Assembly (NCBI GenBank): GCA_030390025.1
Contig: CM059437.1
Location: 68,324,001 to 68,388,000, forward strand
Direction of reading: 5' to 3'
DNA from: Squalus acanthias
Lineage: Eukaryota
DNA: 64,000 bases
The position numbers and the translations under genes were made by a program. The notes under the pieces were generated by a model. That model saw nothing but the letters and a program-made list of their open reading frames with translations. It had not been told where the DNA came from and made no database searches. Every line of letters begins with the position of its first letter. Position 1 is the stretch's first letter. Shown piece by piece: positions 26,820 to 40,791 of this stretch.

Positions 26820-27097
26820 TATCTTCGTGTACAGATCGGAGTTTATCGCCTGATATCCAGGATCAGAATATAGACGATACAAAGGAAACGGACAATTCCA
26901 CCTCGTCAGACAAAGAGACGCAGAATAATGAGAACGAGGAGCAGAGCACGGGCACCAAGCGGAGAGGACCCCGAACCACGATTAAAGCCAAGCAGCTAGA
27001 AACATTAAAAGCCGCCTTCGCCGCTACCCCGAAGCCCACCCGACACATACGGGAGCAACTTGCTCAGGAAACAGGCCTCAACATGCGGGTTATTCAG
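26820..27097 (+). CDS. LHX5: Lhx5 coding exon 3 (linker and homeodomain N-terminal part); missing from the supplied ORF track
   Basis: Acceptor TCTTTCAG|T; [15 protein letters not shown]...[49 protein letters not shown]; donor CAG|GTACC; 278 nt. Confidence 0.97.
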
Positions 27098-27897
27098 GTA
27101 CCACCACGTCGTTGCTTTTTCGGCCCAGAGCCACTTCATCTGTATACCGTGACCATCACTCCTAACTTTATTTATTGGGTGCTTTTTAAAAAAAAACAAT
27201 TTCTTGGAAATGAATGAAGTTATTTTGCAATATGACCTTTATTTGTTCATTCAAATATTTTCATTACATGTTTAAATAAAGGTGCAAATATTTCGAATCA
27301 ATATATTTTGTTGCAAATGTGATTTTTACAGGAGGGACACTTAATCCACAGAGTACTTGTCTTTCATTTTATCCCAGGAGGTTTATCAAGAATTCACATT
27401 AAACTTTGACTATCTAAAGGACAGTTCAGTACTGCACGGGCACCAGTGAGAGAGTGCGGGCACTCTCTGAACACATTGCCATTATGTTCAATACCCGGGC
27501 TACTTTCGTGCACGTGCATAATCAATCTGATGCTTTGTCTTTACCCACAACATTTACACTTAATGCTTTTTAAGATCCTTCGTGACGCGATCGATTTCCT
27601 CCTAACGTCAATCTTTCAGGCGCGTCAGAATGATGTTATTACCATCAAATTGTTAACTTTTTTTCAGTTTTAAAAAAAAGAATTGAACTTTTTTTAGGGT
27701 TTGGCGTTTAACGTGAAATCGTTGTTTGCAGCATCATTTTCTTCGCACAAAGGAAAGGTATTGGTTTAATCAACAGACACAGAGTTAAAGTGATTTCTGT
27801 GAACTGGCTTGCCCTACAATTCATTGCGCACATAGGTAGGTGTTAGTAAACGCACTTGCTATATTTCCCATTAAAGAACGGGCCATTGTTTTGGCAG

Positions 27898-28063
27898 GTC
27901 TGGTTTCAGAACAGAAGATCTAAAGAGAGGAGGATGAAGCAGTTGAGTGCTCTGGGTGCGCGGCGGCACGCTTTCTTTCGAAGTCCCAGGCGCATGCGTC
28001 CTCTGGGAGGGCGCCTGGACGAATCGGAAATGATGGGCTCTGCTCCCTACAATTACTATGGAG
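27898..28063 (+). CDS. LHX5: Lhx5 coding exon 4 (homeodomain helix 3)
   Basis: Acceptor TTGGCAG|G; [45 protein letters not shown], where [12 protein letters not shown] is Lhx5-type rather than Lhx1-type; donor G|GTACT; 166 nt. Confidence 0.97.
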
Positions 28064-30764
28064 GTACTTTCACAACACTCAACTTCCAAAAGAGTTTGGC
28101 TGCTTTTAAAGCGGCAGTGTATGGACGGGGTCTTTTATATCCCCAGTACTGTAATATCACTGTTTTCCTCTCACTTCTCGTTTATGTCATTGGGATGGCA
28201 GAGAAGGATGCGAAATGTGTAATCTTTCGGCGTTAAATCAGCCACTATATACCGCTCTTTTTTTGCAATCAGAGCTTAAATCATAAAGCACATTGGACAG
28301 GTCCCTTTGTAATTCGGCTGCAAAGGAGGCTCCTGCTTTACATCTATTATTTTATCAGGTGATTCACATTTCGGAATATAGGGCTGTCTCGGGATTTTAT
28401 TTCGCGCGTTCAACCGCACTAATTCGGAAAAGGCAACATCGTTTTAACGCTTTTGTTACAAAATGTAATAGTTTTCGAGCTTTAAAATAATCCAGATACA
28501 TCACTTAGGGAAAGGACAGTTCGGATATGCGTTTGTCACTTTGCATTGCGTGAATCAATTGTTTGTGTAATGACCACCTCCCTTCACAAGAAAGCATTTT
28601 TTAAATCCCCTACAATTATCTCGATGTTTCACTGGAACGTTTATCCAATGCGTTCACTTTTGCGAATTGTCACGACTGCTCCAGATATAAGCCAAGAGTT
28701 CATTTGATAACCGCCTAGTTTACGTTCTACACGTTCGTACGATCCGAGTGGTCTAAGGTGCTCCGGTTGCTATGACTTTCTCACTCGTTTTGTGGCATCT
28801 GCACGGGTATTGAGTGAATGATCGCAGCCTGTTGAGCTCTTTAATCCCCCCCTGTAAGAGATTCCGCTCCGGCGCTGGCCAAGTTGCGCCCGATAAAGCA
28901 ATGCATTGTGATGAAGCTGTCTTTTTGAAGAGAAGCCTAGCCCATTCAGCGTGCACTTTCTCTTGTGTTTCCGCGAACAAAGCTACAGCTGCAGTCTTTT
29001 GTCGGATATTCACCCAGGATTTGTTCCAATTACCTCGAACTCTTCGAGCATATGGAGGGTCACTTGCAGAGCGCCGCGACTCTGCTCTTCGCCGTTTGCT
29101 GCAGCCTTCTGCTTCCAAATTTAAAACAGCACCTTCACTAAATTAACGCATTTCACATTTTTTGGCGAAGTAAATATAATAATTTTATTCTAAATATATC
29201 TTCCTTAAGCACCCACGATAAGAAGTTCCCAAATTTACCTTAGCGCTGTAAAGTACAATACTATTAATATGAGTTAAATCTCGACTGCAGTAGCGCTAAG
29301 AGGTTCCAATGCTATGCTCAATCGTCTAACATAGCTGTACTTTATCAATCCAAATTGAATACCAGTATAGTGAATTATATATTACAATTCGTCTCCTATT
29401 GCTGAATGGTATAAGTGTTAAGAATGCTTTAGGTAGGATGTATTACGTATGTTAATATGAAATCTCATATTACTGCACGCAATACCTAATACCCAATAGT
29501 AGGTATAGATATGAATGGCTTTTTTTAGTTACATTTAGTTAGCAGGAACATTATTGACACTTCTATAAAGTACAAAACCTTACTAGGAGCAGGCACTATT
29601 ATTTCTATTAATTTGGTTATAAATTAGCTGCAATTTTGTGGAATACCAAAAAGAACAACACAGAACCAGCATCAACAGGTTTCAATATTAATTTTTCTGT
29701 TCCATTCATTGAACGCGTTTATATACATTTGGAATCCATACTTTACACGTTCACGTACAAACATTCGATTTTATAGGTATATAGATAGTGATCTCACATT
29801 TTACTGAGGACTAACACTTTGCTTAAATTAATGGAGTTTTTATTGCAGGCATAATGGAATGAGTCATATAACCAGGAAGTATTCCATTGACTGCTGGCGT
29901 TGGCGTTTACCAATAATAGCAATTGCTCCTTCTAAAATTATGCATACAAATACTGTTTGTTATTTACTCCAGTGTTTCTTTAACCAGCCTTAAGAACCAA
30001 AGTTTAATATGTAACGGGGAAGTCAATTGATTTACGTTACTATAAGGTCACTCCCATTGGTTAACAGTAATAATTATCAAGTGATGAACAGTAAATCACA
30101 AATCATGTTGGCTCTGACTGTGTGGGGATAGGGGATGGAAAGCGAAGAGTAAAATTCTAACCATGGTCATCATACTCAGCTGATTATAAAATCCGAAAGA
30201 TACAAATTTTGCCTTTTTTCAATGAATACTATAGCGTGTCATCCACGAATTGTTTGTGTACTGGGCTTCACTTGGGTGACCCTGGATTTTATATGTCGGC
30301 CAAAAATGAATGTTGGAAATGAAAGCCGGTATCAAAGTCCTGCTATCAAAAAAAGTCAGCGCCATCCTCCCGAGCTTCACTTGTTAGTGATAGCATGAAC
30401 ATCACACTCCTGAGTGTGCACTTAGTAAGATTTACTTGTCGTTATGATGAATGAGGAGCAACAAGTCCTCACTACACAACTAAATCACCCATTTTATTTT
30501 AACTTCTGGTAATATTTTAAACTGAATTTACTTTTTTCTTTCATTACATTTTAATAGGTAATTATATTACATTTCTGTGCATTATATTTTTTTGATCCAA
30601 AAGTTACATGATTGGTGGTGTGGTAAGGAATTCTCCTGGAATATAAGCTGAAATTGTTCCTTTCTTTGTCTGAAGAATCGACAGAAATTATTATGCTGCA
30701 TGAATTAAATTGGAATTTAATTGCAAAGGTAGACACTTTTCTCTTGTTTTTTTATCCTATGTAG

Positions 30765-31150
30765 ATTATCAAGGAGACTACTACGGCCCAACTGCAAATT
30801 ATGACTTTTTCCCGCACGGTCCACCGTCCTCTCAAGCACATTCGCCGGCAGATTCCGGCTATATGCAGTCCTCAGGACCTGGAGGAACCTCACTCGGAGT
30901 ACTTGAACCTCCCCTTTCCGGCCACCATCCTCCCACTATCGGTGGCAGCGAAAACCAAAGGTATACGGACATGATTTCCCACCCTGACACCCCGAGCCCT
31001 GAGCCAGGCATGACCGGACCGCTGCACCCGATCCCGGGCGAAGTGTTTAGCGGGGGACCCAGCCCGCCCTTCTCGATGTCCAGCAACAGTGGCTACAGCG
31101 GCCCGCTTTCACATCCAAGTCAGGAGATGAACGAGACCGCGGTCTGGTAA
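30765..31150 (+). CDS. LHX5: Lhx5 coding exon 5 (C-terminus and stop)
   Basis: Polypyrimidine tract then GTAG|A; DYQGDYYGP...[15 protein letters not shown]...[12 protein letters not shown]...EMNETAVW*. The five exons total 1224 nt, giving 407 aa plus stop. Confidence 0.97.
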
Positions 31151-31577
31151 GGCGGATCAAACCCACAGTGAATCCACGCGGCTCGCCTACCCAACCAATG
31201 GTAATGATCACAGCACTCTGGCATTAGGCTACTGAACTCTAACCTCTTTGAAACACTTTCTTAAAGCCCCCACGGCCGTAACCTGGGACACACCCTCCAC
31301 CCCACCCTCTCCCACACCCAAAGAGGCGGAGATGATGTGACCGATTGCCAAGACAGCAACACCGCCTGGTGCAAGTGACCTCAGAGCAGGGGGGGAGGAA
31401 GTTGGTGTTGCGCATGCGTAATTGGTGCCGCAAAGATGGCGGCACGTCCGGTATGCGCAGTGAACTCTGGGAGAGAAACTGCCTGCTCGAAACCTGGAGC
31501 TGCCACTGCCCCGCTTGGCAGTGAGTTTGAAGAAGGCACTGGATATTAATAGAGTTACTGGTTCTGTTGTTAATGTG

Positions 31578-31804
31578 AATAAAGGTCGTTTTAGTTTCCA
31601 CCCACCCCACCCTCATCTGACAATCCATGTTTCCATGAGTCATAGAAAAAGAATCTGGCATCGATGATGACAATCACTTTTAGTGCTTTGAATAGTTAGT
31701 TCCCATCCCACAACCTTGGAGATCCCTGCGTGACACCTTTTTAAATTTCTTTAATTAACTGTAAAATTGTCACCATTGATGTTAAAAAGTAAAACTTGAA
31801 TAAA
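31578..31804 (+). terminator. Candidate Lhx5 polyadenylation signals
   Basis: AATAAA at 31578-31583 and 31799-31804, downstream of the stop. Which one is used is unknown. Confidence 0.4.
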
Positions 31805-32263
31805 TATCCTTTTTTTACAAACAGCGATTAGAAAGCTTTATTTCGGGAGTCCTATTATTATGAAAATGATTATGAAAAGTGTGTTTGGGTGATGGGATTT
31901 ATTATAGATGTGCGCTCATCCACAAAGGGAAAAACTCAAAATACCTCAGTGCAACTTTGGTTCATTATTACATTGCCAGGACTGATAATAGGTTGAAAGA
32001 TCGTGACTCTTCCTGTCGTTATATGCCATCCAACTGACCTGATGCATAAAGCTAGAAATTAAATACAAATAGATTTGAAGAAATGATGCAACAATAACCT
32101 CGCCTCACTCAGACATACGGCTTTAACCATGTACACAAAATTGCTGGATACTTCAGTGGACACGGATGATAAAATCACTGTTAAACCTTTGGCGGTATAT
32201 TTATGCAAACTATTATTTTACAATCTATTGCCATACGATAAATATATATATATAAGCAATAGG

Positions 32264-32320
32264 ACATAAGAACTAGGAGCAGGAGTAGGCCATTTGGCCC
32301 TTCAAGCCTGCTCCGCCACC
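32264..32320 (-). mobile_element. CR1 3'-end fragment
   Basis: ACATAAGAACTAGGAGCAGGAGTAGGCCATTTGGCCCTTCAAGCCTGCTCCGCCA matches ~1540-1595. Confidence 0.8.
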
Positions 32321-34124
32321 CCCCCCCTATATAGCGCCCCCTTTACCCCTCCTCCTACCAAGCTCATTGTGTACGTTATCGAAATGAAGTAAATGGGAGC
32401 ACATGTTAATTCGGCATAAAACGAATATATATATTGCTTTAGGCCGTTAAATATGAATGATAGTCGTTTTGTTCCTACATGCCTAAATATATACATGGTT
32501 TAAAAGGTGTTACAGCCACCATTTATAAAATGAACATAACTTGGCCTCAGTTTCCGAGATAGTTTGCTAAATTAAAGCAATAGAAAGACCAACAAAGATA
32601 TGGCCTGACTGAAACGATTTTACTTTAGAGGTTGTTAAAATCTCCAATATATTTTGTGCTAACCAGACATTGTGATTCGAACAACTTCATCCTAAGGATA
32701 CATCTTGCATTTATTTTATGAATGCAATAATTAGATCGTGTTAAATGTTAGCTCGTTCTTCTGAATTGAACGCAATTTTACTCAAATCGCCTTCTGTGTT
32801 TTTGCAGTACACTTGAAGCACATTTTTGGTATACATAGTAAAAAAAATCACAAGTTAAAAGGTGGTGGAGGGCAGAATTATCGGTTAATTAAAGCATGGC
32901 CCCCAGTAAGAGTTATAAATAGCGCAGTTAAAAGGGTCACTCCAGGCAAATAATTATGGGGATATGATGAGCGAACTGCTGCAAGTTTTCTTTTCATATC
33001 TTATCACTTTTTTCGCAGATCTATTTCACCGAAAAAGAAATCTGCGAGACGTGATATTTAACCTAATAGTAATTTCTTCGAACTGAAATAATGCGAATGC
33101 CCCGTGTGTGAATGCAATTTTTAGTCACAGTGCAGAATAAGACGCCTGTTTAATTTAAATATGCAGTTCAGAGGCCAACTGCCAACAGCGCCTTGTTGTC
33201 ACCATTAACTTAATCGTTTTCACTGATACTCCTTCACAGGACGTATATTTAATATTGTACTGTAATTTCCTTCAGAATCTTTGCAACCCAGTTTCCAGTT
33301 GGGCGCATTCATTGTAAGAGTGTTTAAGCTGTGTTGGGTTTATCATCAATGAGCCATCAATCAAATGAACCCCAATGGTGTGTATGAAAAGGGAATAGGC
33401 GATAAGCTTTATGAAGACTAATGACTTAAAATGTACATTATCCAAGTGTCGCGTAAATGATTTAAACCCAAGTTTACAGAGGGAACCCCAACCTTTTAAT
33501 GGTATTCACCTGACGACACGTTGATTTTTGTTAGCTTCTTGGGTATTTCTGTAAATCATCTGTTCACCTGAGCTTTAATCAGTAGATTTATGCAAATCTG
33601 TTTTCCCACAATGTAACCAAGGCTTGTTCCATTTGTGGATGCCCTAAAACAATGACAACGTTATGATCATGTTTAGGTCTGAAGGGAGAGAGTTGTGCTA
33701 ACTATGTGCTCCAAATTCATAAACGTGCACTAATACAATAATCCAATCTGAAATAAGTTGTATTGTCATTAACCAGGTGCAGCTGTTCTGGTGTGTCAAG
33801 ATATAGTATAAATTCCCTATAAACATTATATAAGGAAACTAAACCAAATGTTGACACAAACTTTATTGTTTCCATTTTGTTTTCCAAAATGGTGACCTAT
33901 TTAAGAAGCGGATTCCACTTTCAGGGCCCACTATATGTGTAGGTCTTTTGTTGCCGATTTGAAGTTCGTTTGCCAGTACCTCTCCTAGCTTTAAGCCGAC
34001 AGTCTCTTTAACCACGGTGCTCAGCACGGTTATGTAGACACATGTAGATAGTCCCAATTAAATTATTCTGCATTTGGTATGACCTTGACTGTTTTCACTA
34101 TTTTCAAACCTCACAACGACTTGT

Positions 34125-34430
34125 ATATGTATGTGACATATGTGTGTGTGGCGAGGGGGGGCATATGAGTGAGTAAGTCTATGCGTGTGTGAGCGAGAGA
34201 GACAGAGAGGGTGTATGAGATGAACTGTATGTGAGTGTGTCTACTCTGAATGTGTTCTGTATGAGTGTGCTTTAGTTCGCGTATATAGTGATATGTCTTT
34301 GTTGTGTAAACTGTGTGTATATTGCATGTATTTGTACACATCTGTGTCTGTGTACTATGAATGTGCATATTGGCGTGTACGTTGTGTGTGTACGTGTACG
34401 GTGTCTGCGAACTGTGTGCTTGCGTGTGTT
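34125..34430. repeat. Degenerate (TG)/(TA)-rich low-complexity tract
   Basis: Interrupted TGTG/TATG runs. Confidence 0.75.
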
Positions 34431-37400
34431 TTGAAGAGGTACCGTATAATTTTTCAAGCTTTCGGTGAAAAATAGCAGGATTCAGTTTTGTCGACTTTCT
34501 ATAATTAATGACCTCAGTTGTAATAGGATTTTGCAGCCTTTGGCACTGACTGGAAACACCTTTTTGCATAAGATGTAGCATACAATAGGGAGCTGCCTCT
34601 TGATTTATGGGTTCCTACTCCGGAATGAATCTCCCGGGTAGCTGGCCAGCAAAAATTCATCAGAAGAGACACAAACGGCTTTTGTGTGGATGTGTTTTTT
34701 TTTTCTCACAGTACCTGAAAATTGATACCTACTTGGACTAGAAACGCAAATGAGAAAGTGAAAAACAAAAGTATTTGACGATATTAATGGCATTGCGGTT
34801 TATCGCAGTTGGTATTGCAAGCTAATGTTGTCTTAAAACAGTAGACGGTATTCACCTGAACCTGCACTCCAAGCAGTCGCTTGTTTCTGTTCCAGCTGTT
34901 ACACCACAAAGCATTAATCAAATGCAAATCCAAAAAGGTCATTTGTAATGCCTAAAGGCTGGTTTAAATTCCCCAATATCCCTACTCCTGGGCTCTTGAT
35001 AGAACTGTATTGAAATTTACAGCAAATAAAATGGTCTTCCCACCTGCTTGGAGTTCTGTAATTATTTTTCTGACGTTTTCCTTCAAAGTAAATGCGGTTT
35101 GATTACAGGTTTTTTTTAGAAAAATAATACTTTGCCTTTTTACAATTTTTTTTGGCTTGGTTGAATTTGAATGCATAAAGTGGACTTGGAATTGACTGGC
35201 GTTTGGTTTGAGTGGAAATTGATACTACACCATTAAGAGAAGCGTTTATAGTCTGTCAGCGCTTCAGATGTGTTTAATGTAAGGATGCCTGCTAGATATT
35301 TGAAAATAAATGCTCTCACCTGCAGTTGCTATATACAAGAGCCATCTAAAGCTGCTGAGCATTTTGGTTTGTGACATTTTTCAAATGCATATGTGCCCTC
35401 AACGAAAATCTACCGATATATATATTCTTTATCTATAACAGGCAACCTTTTTGATTGACATTGTAATTATGCATCTGTAATCTGTTGCATTTATACACAC
35501 GTTTATATTTTCAAGGACTGTAAATAAGATGGTTGGTGATGTCACGCGGGTTCTGTCGCGATAAGGCATTTAGATAACTGGTGGTGATCCCATAATGTAA
35601 CAGCACGCAGTTTATTTATCAAATGTTTATTCAGTGTTAGTCAAAATGTTCAAACTTTGATGTAAACAACAAATGGACCAATGGAAGACTTAGCCCTACA
35701 TTTTCGCGGGCCATGGTGGCGAAGCCAGAGCGTGTACGTGGTGGTTCAGAGAGCCTATTGGTTGTCGGTGTTGGGTCTTTGTGGTACTTTGTGGATTTAA
35801 GAGGCCAGAGTTTTCACTCTTTCTGGTGCCTGCAATGTGCCAACATATTTGACTTGATTAGAGTATTTTTGTTCTGGGATAGTTAGGTCTTGTTGTTCAA
35901 TAGTGTTACAGAAAAGAGTAATTTATGCGCCTAAGGTACAGGGACCGGCCTCACTATCGTTAAAAGTGGGCCAGTGAAAAGTTGCACTTCACTAAGGTTA
36001 GGATGCAGCTCTGCCCCAAGCGTGGTCTAATGAAGGGATACTGTGTGGAGTTCCTAATGCAATAGTGGGGTAAACCATTTCCTGTTTGTTTGGGGTGTTT
36101 GGTTGCGATATGTTGATTGATTCGATTCGTGCAGGTCAGCACAAAGCACTGTGGATAATAAATCATGTAATTATGGCGGGTTTCATGGTGAAGCAAATAC
36201 CAGGAACCTCCATTAATCACTGGTAATTGTTAACTCAGAAAGTTAATGCTTGGATAACCGGGCAGTCCGGGTACTTCAACTAGAGTAATTCCCTCATCTT
36301 TATAGTATTTAGTCCATACCGTGGGACTTTATTTCACCAAATAACGATCTTCTCATTTTTTTAATAAAGTTCAACTAAAAAAAACTCTAACCCAGAAATG
36401 AAAACTGCGTTCTAATTTTGTAATAAATTAAAATGTATAACGGGACTGGATGATTTCGTTTCTCCAGTGACTGCTGTGACCCACTAACTATAATGTGAGC
36501 CTTTCCATTTGCTTAATTCGATGTAAGACGTTAAAGGAAATGTGCCTTTAAACAGCCTTTATGTGATATGAAAACTTGTAAATGAAATGACGCACTGGAA
36601 AGTGCAAAGGAGAGAAACCCATTTTATTATGTGTTCCTTAATAAAAACGCATGATGGTGATAAATTAAACCGCGCATTATTTATGGCACAAGAGTTGATC
36701 CTCCAATGTGTTATTAGGTAATGTATAATGTCAAAAATAGTAGATCTTTGGTATGAACAGCAAGTGGCTGTTTTGAAAAATATCAGAGTTCTTTTTCCCT
36801 TTTGACAAGCAACTCAAAAGATTAACTGGGTAAAGCTACAGAGGTGGACGAGGGGGAAATCAAGATATTTCTAGAAGCTGGAAGCTTTAGCGAATAAGTG
36901 GAATATGCGGAAATAAATTATGGCTCTTCATGGCTCCTGCTTTGATGATTTACAGAACGTAGGATCACGTCAGATAGATCTAACTTTAACAAACACCAAG
37001 TACTGCAGTCCCCTGCAGCTTTAATGAAATGCATTGTTGCTTGCATTACAAACAGTGCACTTTGCTTAGTCCCAAATGCAGACGTGGACGGTAAGCTGTG
37101 CTGACCGTGTAGTCAGCACCGGTCAGTCGGTCAACAAAGGTATGCTAGTTTCGGAGCGTCTGCCGAGGATGTGCTGTGCAGGACCACAGACAGCTCCTAA
37201 AGGCCGATGTGGTCTAAGCACATACAGCAGCCGCTCGGTATATGACACCACCCCAAACGTGATTCTCTTTCCAAGAACCATTTCCATCCAGTCGCCTTCG
37301 ATTAAAAAAAACATCTTGATCATCGGGATTCGGTTGTGGTGGAATTTGGCTAAAGCCCTCTTGCTTTAACTCACGTTTGTTTATTTTGTTACATTTCCGC

Positions 37401-37749
37401 CGAGTATTTACGATACTTCCAGATAAAGGTTGCAACCGTTGCTTATTGCAGTTGAGCTAAATCCACAGCAACAATATTAGTCGACTTCAAAGTAAAGTTT
37501 AGAATCCAAACCCCAAACAGAGATTACGAATCCCCTCACTTTGATTTGATTTGTCGTTCAGCTTAAGTACAGGAAATACAGAAAAGGACTCTCAACACAT
37601 TACTGATGCCGATATTTGTGTGAATTAATACGACATATCGCCGTAAATGCTGAATGTTAAGATTTCTTCCACATGTCTGCCTTTTGATACTGAACAGTTG
37701 TCTGTCCCCTGATACCGGGGCTGGTGAAGGTGGGTAAATGGAGTCGAGA

Positions 37750-37820
37750 TACAGATCAGTCTTGATCTAATTGAATGGCGCAACAGGTTCGAGGGGCTGA
37801 ATGGCCTCCTCCTGCTCATA
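37750..37820 (+). mobile_element. CR1 3' UTR fragment
   Basis: GATCTAATTGAATGGCGCAACAGGTTCGAGGGGCTGAATGGCCTCCTCCTGCTC is a diverged reverse complement of ~1550-1615. Confidence 0.7.
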
Positions 37821-39735
37821 CCTTCCTTTGTAAAGTGCTGCAAGAGATCTGATAACGAAGTCTCGGTCCAACATACGTTTATCAAATTGTGCTGCTTGGG
37901 TGGTTTGAGATTTAATGATCAAAAATAATGAACAGTTTCCCCGGGAAACTGGACGAGCTTGTTCTATCTGGCCGTGTCCTGTGCAATAATTTCACCATTA
38001 GAGAAAACGCTAGTGCCTTTTTCTTATTTCAGCAACCTCAGCCTGCAGTTATACTGACCACCCACTCACTCCCCCCTTTGCAAAGCGTTTCGGTGTGCTG
38101 TGTGGAAGTGCCAGTATAACACGGGAGCCTGGCCCGACTGCTGAAATGCAGTAAGCCAAAGTGCGAGGCCCTCCAGGAAGCCAGCTAACACCACTTAGAT
38201 TTGATACCGGTGGAGTATAATATCAATCCAGTGTGAAGCACGGGTTCAAAAGTGCCCGGGGATCCATTAAAACATTCCTGGGCATTATATAAACAGCAAC
38301 GATTCTTTCTAATATAATCTCCTAACACAAACATAACCAGAGGGAAGCAGAGTTCTGCCTTTGTATCCGCTTGCGCAGAGTTCGCTCTGGTAGAGTGCAA
38401 GCCACGCCCCAAAGTATAACTTCAGTCTTGTCAGCGGCACTCTGTAGCTGCCCCCGGGCTTCACAGTGGGTTATACAATATTCAGTGCAAATTCAAACCT
38501 GGAGGAGTCTCTCACCGCTTGGCTTTGTACCCCTCAGAAGTCAGATTCGGATGGGAGTTCGCAGTTATACGTCCACTTTTGCATCAAGCCCACATATAAA
38601 TCACTGTACTCATACAAACGTGGCAGTGGAAGTGGAGCCGCCGAGTTTATGTCGGCCCTGTTCTGGTTTTGAGGTTAGAATGCAACCTTAAATCAGCACA
38701 ACATGGGGAGTTGTTGATCAGTTTTAACGCATGTTTTTCTTTTAAAAGTGCTAACTTGTATAACAATGTGCACTGAATTTTCAGCTATGTTAATATGAAA
38801 TGTGCCGTATACGCAACTGTGTCAGGTTACAATACTCCACAAACTAAAGCTAATAAATGTTCAAGTAACTGGCTAAACTGGAGGAAACTGACCAAGCTAA
38901 TCTTGTAGTAATGAAAATGTTGCAAACCTTAATTTTCCCTGCACGTCATTGTCTTACTGTATAACAGGTGTGTTAAACCATGTGCGTGTTTCCTGACCGG
39001 GTTCCCATAAGTTTTGCAAAAATGTTGATTAGAAATTAAGCTGCTGTCTGTAAAAGAGAGAATGCGGCCTGCAGGTTGGACAATTATGTGAGGTATAAAC
39101 GCACCGGGGTGCTCTTTAAAAGACGATCAATGTAGAAATGTCAGTCAGTTTATCAGATATCCATTAAGATCTATTCCCATTAAGGTTTTATTTATTTAGA
39201 GTCTGGTAATGCGAGATAAACAGAGGTGGTCCTAGATATTGGATCGCGCTGTGCCCATTTTACAGGGCCCGAGGGACCAATATGGCAGGTGGCATATGCA
39301 CTCATTCCACGTTGGTCGAGTGGCCGCCCACCATATTCGATCAGGCGCCCCCATAAGCTTCCAGAGCGCACGCCAGAACTATTCAAAACGTTCATTATAA
39401 TATTTAAATAAGGGTCCTATGCTTGTTGTAGAACCCTTTTGTGAAATTGGTTCGCCCCAGTGCCTGAATTGCCATGTGATAAACTCGCTCAGCAAATCAT
39501 GGCAATAACAGGTAGCAAGGACCCCACAGCAGAGCTATTTAAGGAGCTCATTCAGAGTTGTTGCTGGTTTGTCCTTTTAAGCAGCTGATTAACATCTGGG
39601 CGTTTTTTTGTTGTTGCCTATTTTCTGCATTACAACTGAATTGTAACTTCTGCTCACAACCTTTTTCTGGTGTTGGACTGCTATTGTCTGCCTTCAAAAC
39701 AGTTGGTCTGGTAAGTCTGCCTTTGGGGCTGGAGG

Positions 39736-40791
39736 ATGGGGGTGGGGGTGGGTCAGGAGAGAGCAGGAGCAGCTGGGAGAAGAGGAAGGAGGAGGGCACT
39801 GCACAAGAGACCATGCCTACAGAGGATCTTCAGGGAGCATTTCTCAAACCTCAACTGCACAGAGAAGCAACATGTCGAGCGCCTTCACTTCACCAATGTG
39901 GCTAAGACTGAACTATGTCACCTGTTGCAACCACAACTGGAGCCTCAAACCAGGGCATGGACAGCATTGCCTGTGGCTGTCAAGGTTACCCTGAACCTTG
40001 TCTTTTATGCAACTGGCTCCTTCCAGGCTGCAGCAGGTGACATTACTAACATCTCATGGTTTGCTGTAACCGGGAGGTCACCAAGCCTCTCTATGCCAAG
40101 AGGAACACACACTTCACTTACCCAATGGACAGAGTGAAAGCAGGAGGAACGAGCACTAGGCTTTGCTGGCATTGTAGGCTTCCCAGGGGCGCTAAGGTTC
40201 AATAGACTGCACTCACATTACCTTGTGTGCTTTGCATCACTATCCTGGCATCTTTCTCAATAGAAAGGAATTCCACTCCCTTAATGTCCAGCTTGTCTGA
40301 GACCACAGGCAGCTTGGATCTGTGTCTGTTTTTCTGGCAGCAATCATGATTCATTCATTCTGTGCCAGTCCTCTGTGCCACCTTTATTCCAAACAGACCA
40401 TCAGGCCACAAGCTGGCTACTGGGTGACAAGGGATATCCCCTTCAGACATGGCTCATGACTCCTGTCCGGAACTTGGTCACAGCCACAGAGGTGGCATAA
40501 AACAAGAACCATGCTTCCACCAGAAATATGATCGAGCAGACCATCTGCATGCTCAAGCAATGCTTCTGCTGCCTGAACCATTTGGGAGGAGATTTGCAGT
40601 ACAGCCCTTACTGTGTATCCAGATTTGTGGTTGTCTGCTGCATAAATTTTCCATAATGGGACACCAGTCCTTATCACCACCTGTGCAGCAAAAAGTGCAG
40701 GAGGATGAGGAGGAAGAGCAACATTAACCACTAGTGCCCCCTAGCTGCCAGAGCTCTTGGAGAGCAATTCATCCAAAAGGACATCACGTGA
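39736..40791 (+). pseudogene. Harbinger (HARBI1-like, DDE_Tnp_4) transposase pseudogene
   Basis: Motifs in order: [87 protein letters not shown], an acidic tract, then LAARALGEQFIQKDIT*. Contains frameshifts and stops. Confidence 0.92.

Noticed and set aside
28753-29146. Opposing 110-121 aa ORFs in Lhx5 intron 4
   Set aside because: No recognisable domain, and the Lhx5 frame is complete without them.
34111-34581. 156-aa His/Thr-rich ORF
   Set aside because: Translation of a degenerate (CA)n tract.
39736-40791. Domesticated HARBI1 gene
   Set aside because: Multiple stops and frameshifts, an adjacent TIR and a linked Myb gene indicate a dead transposon copy.
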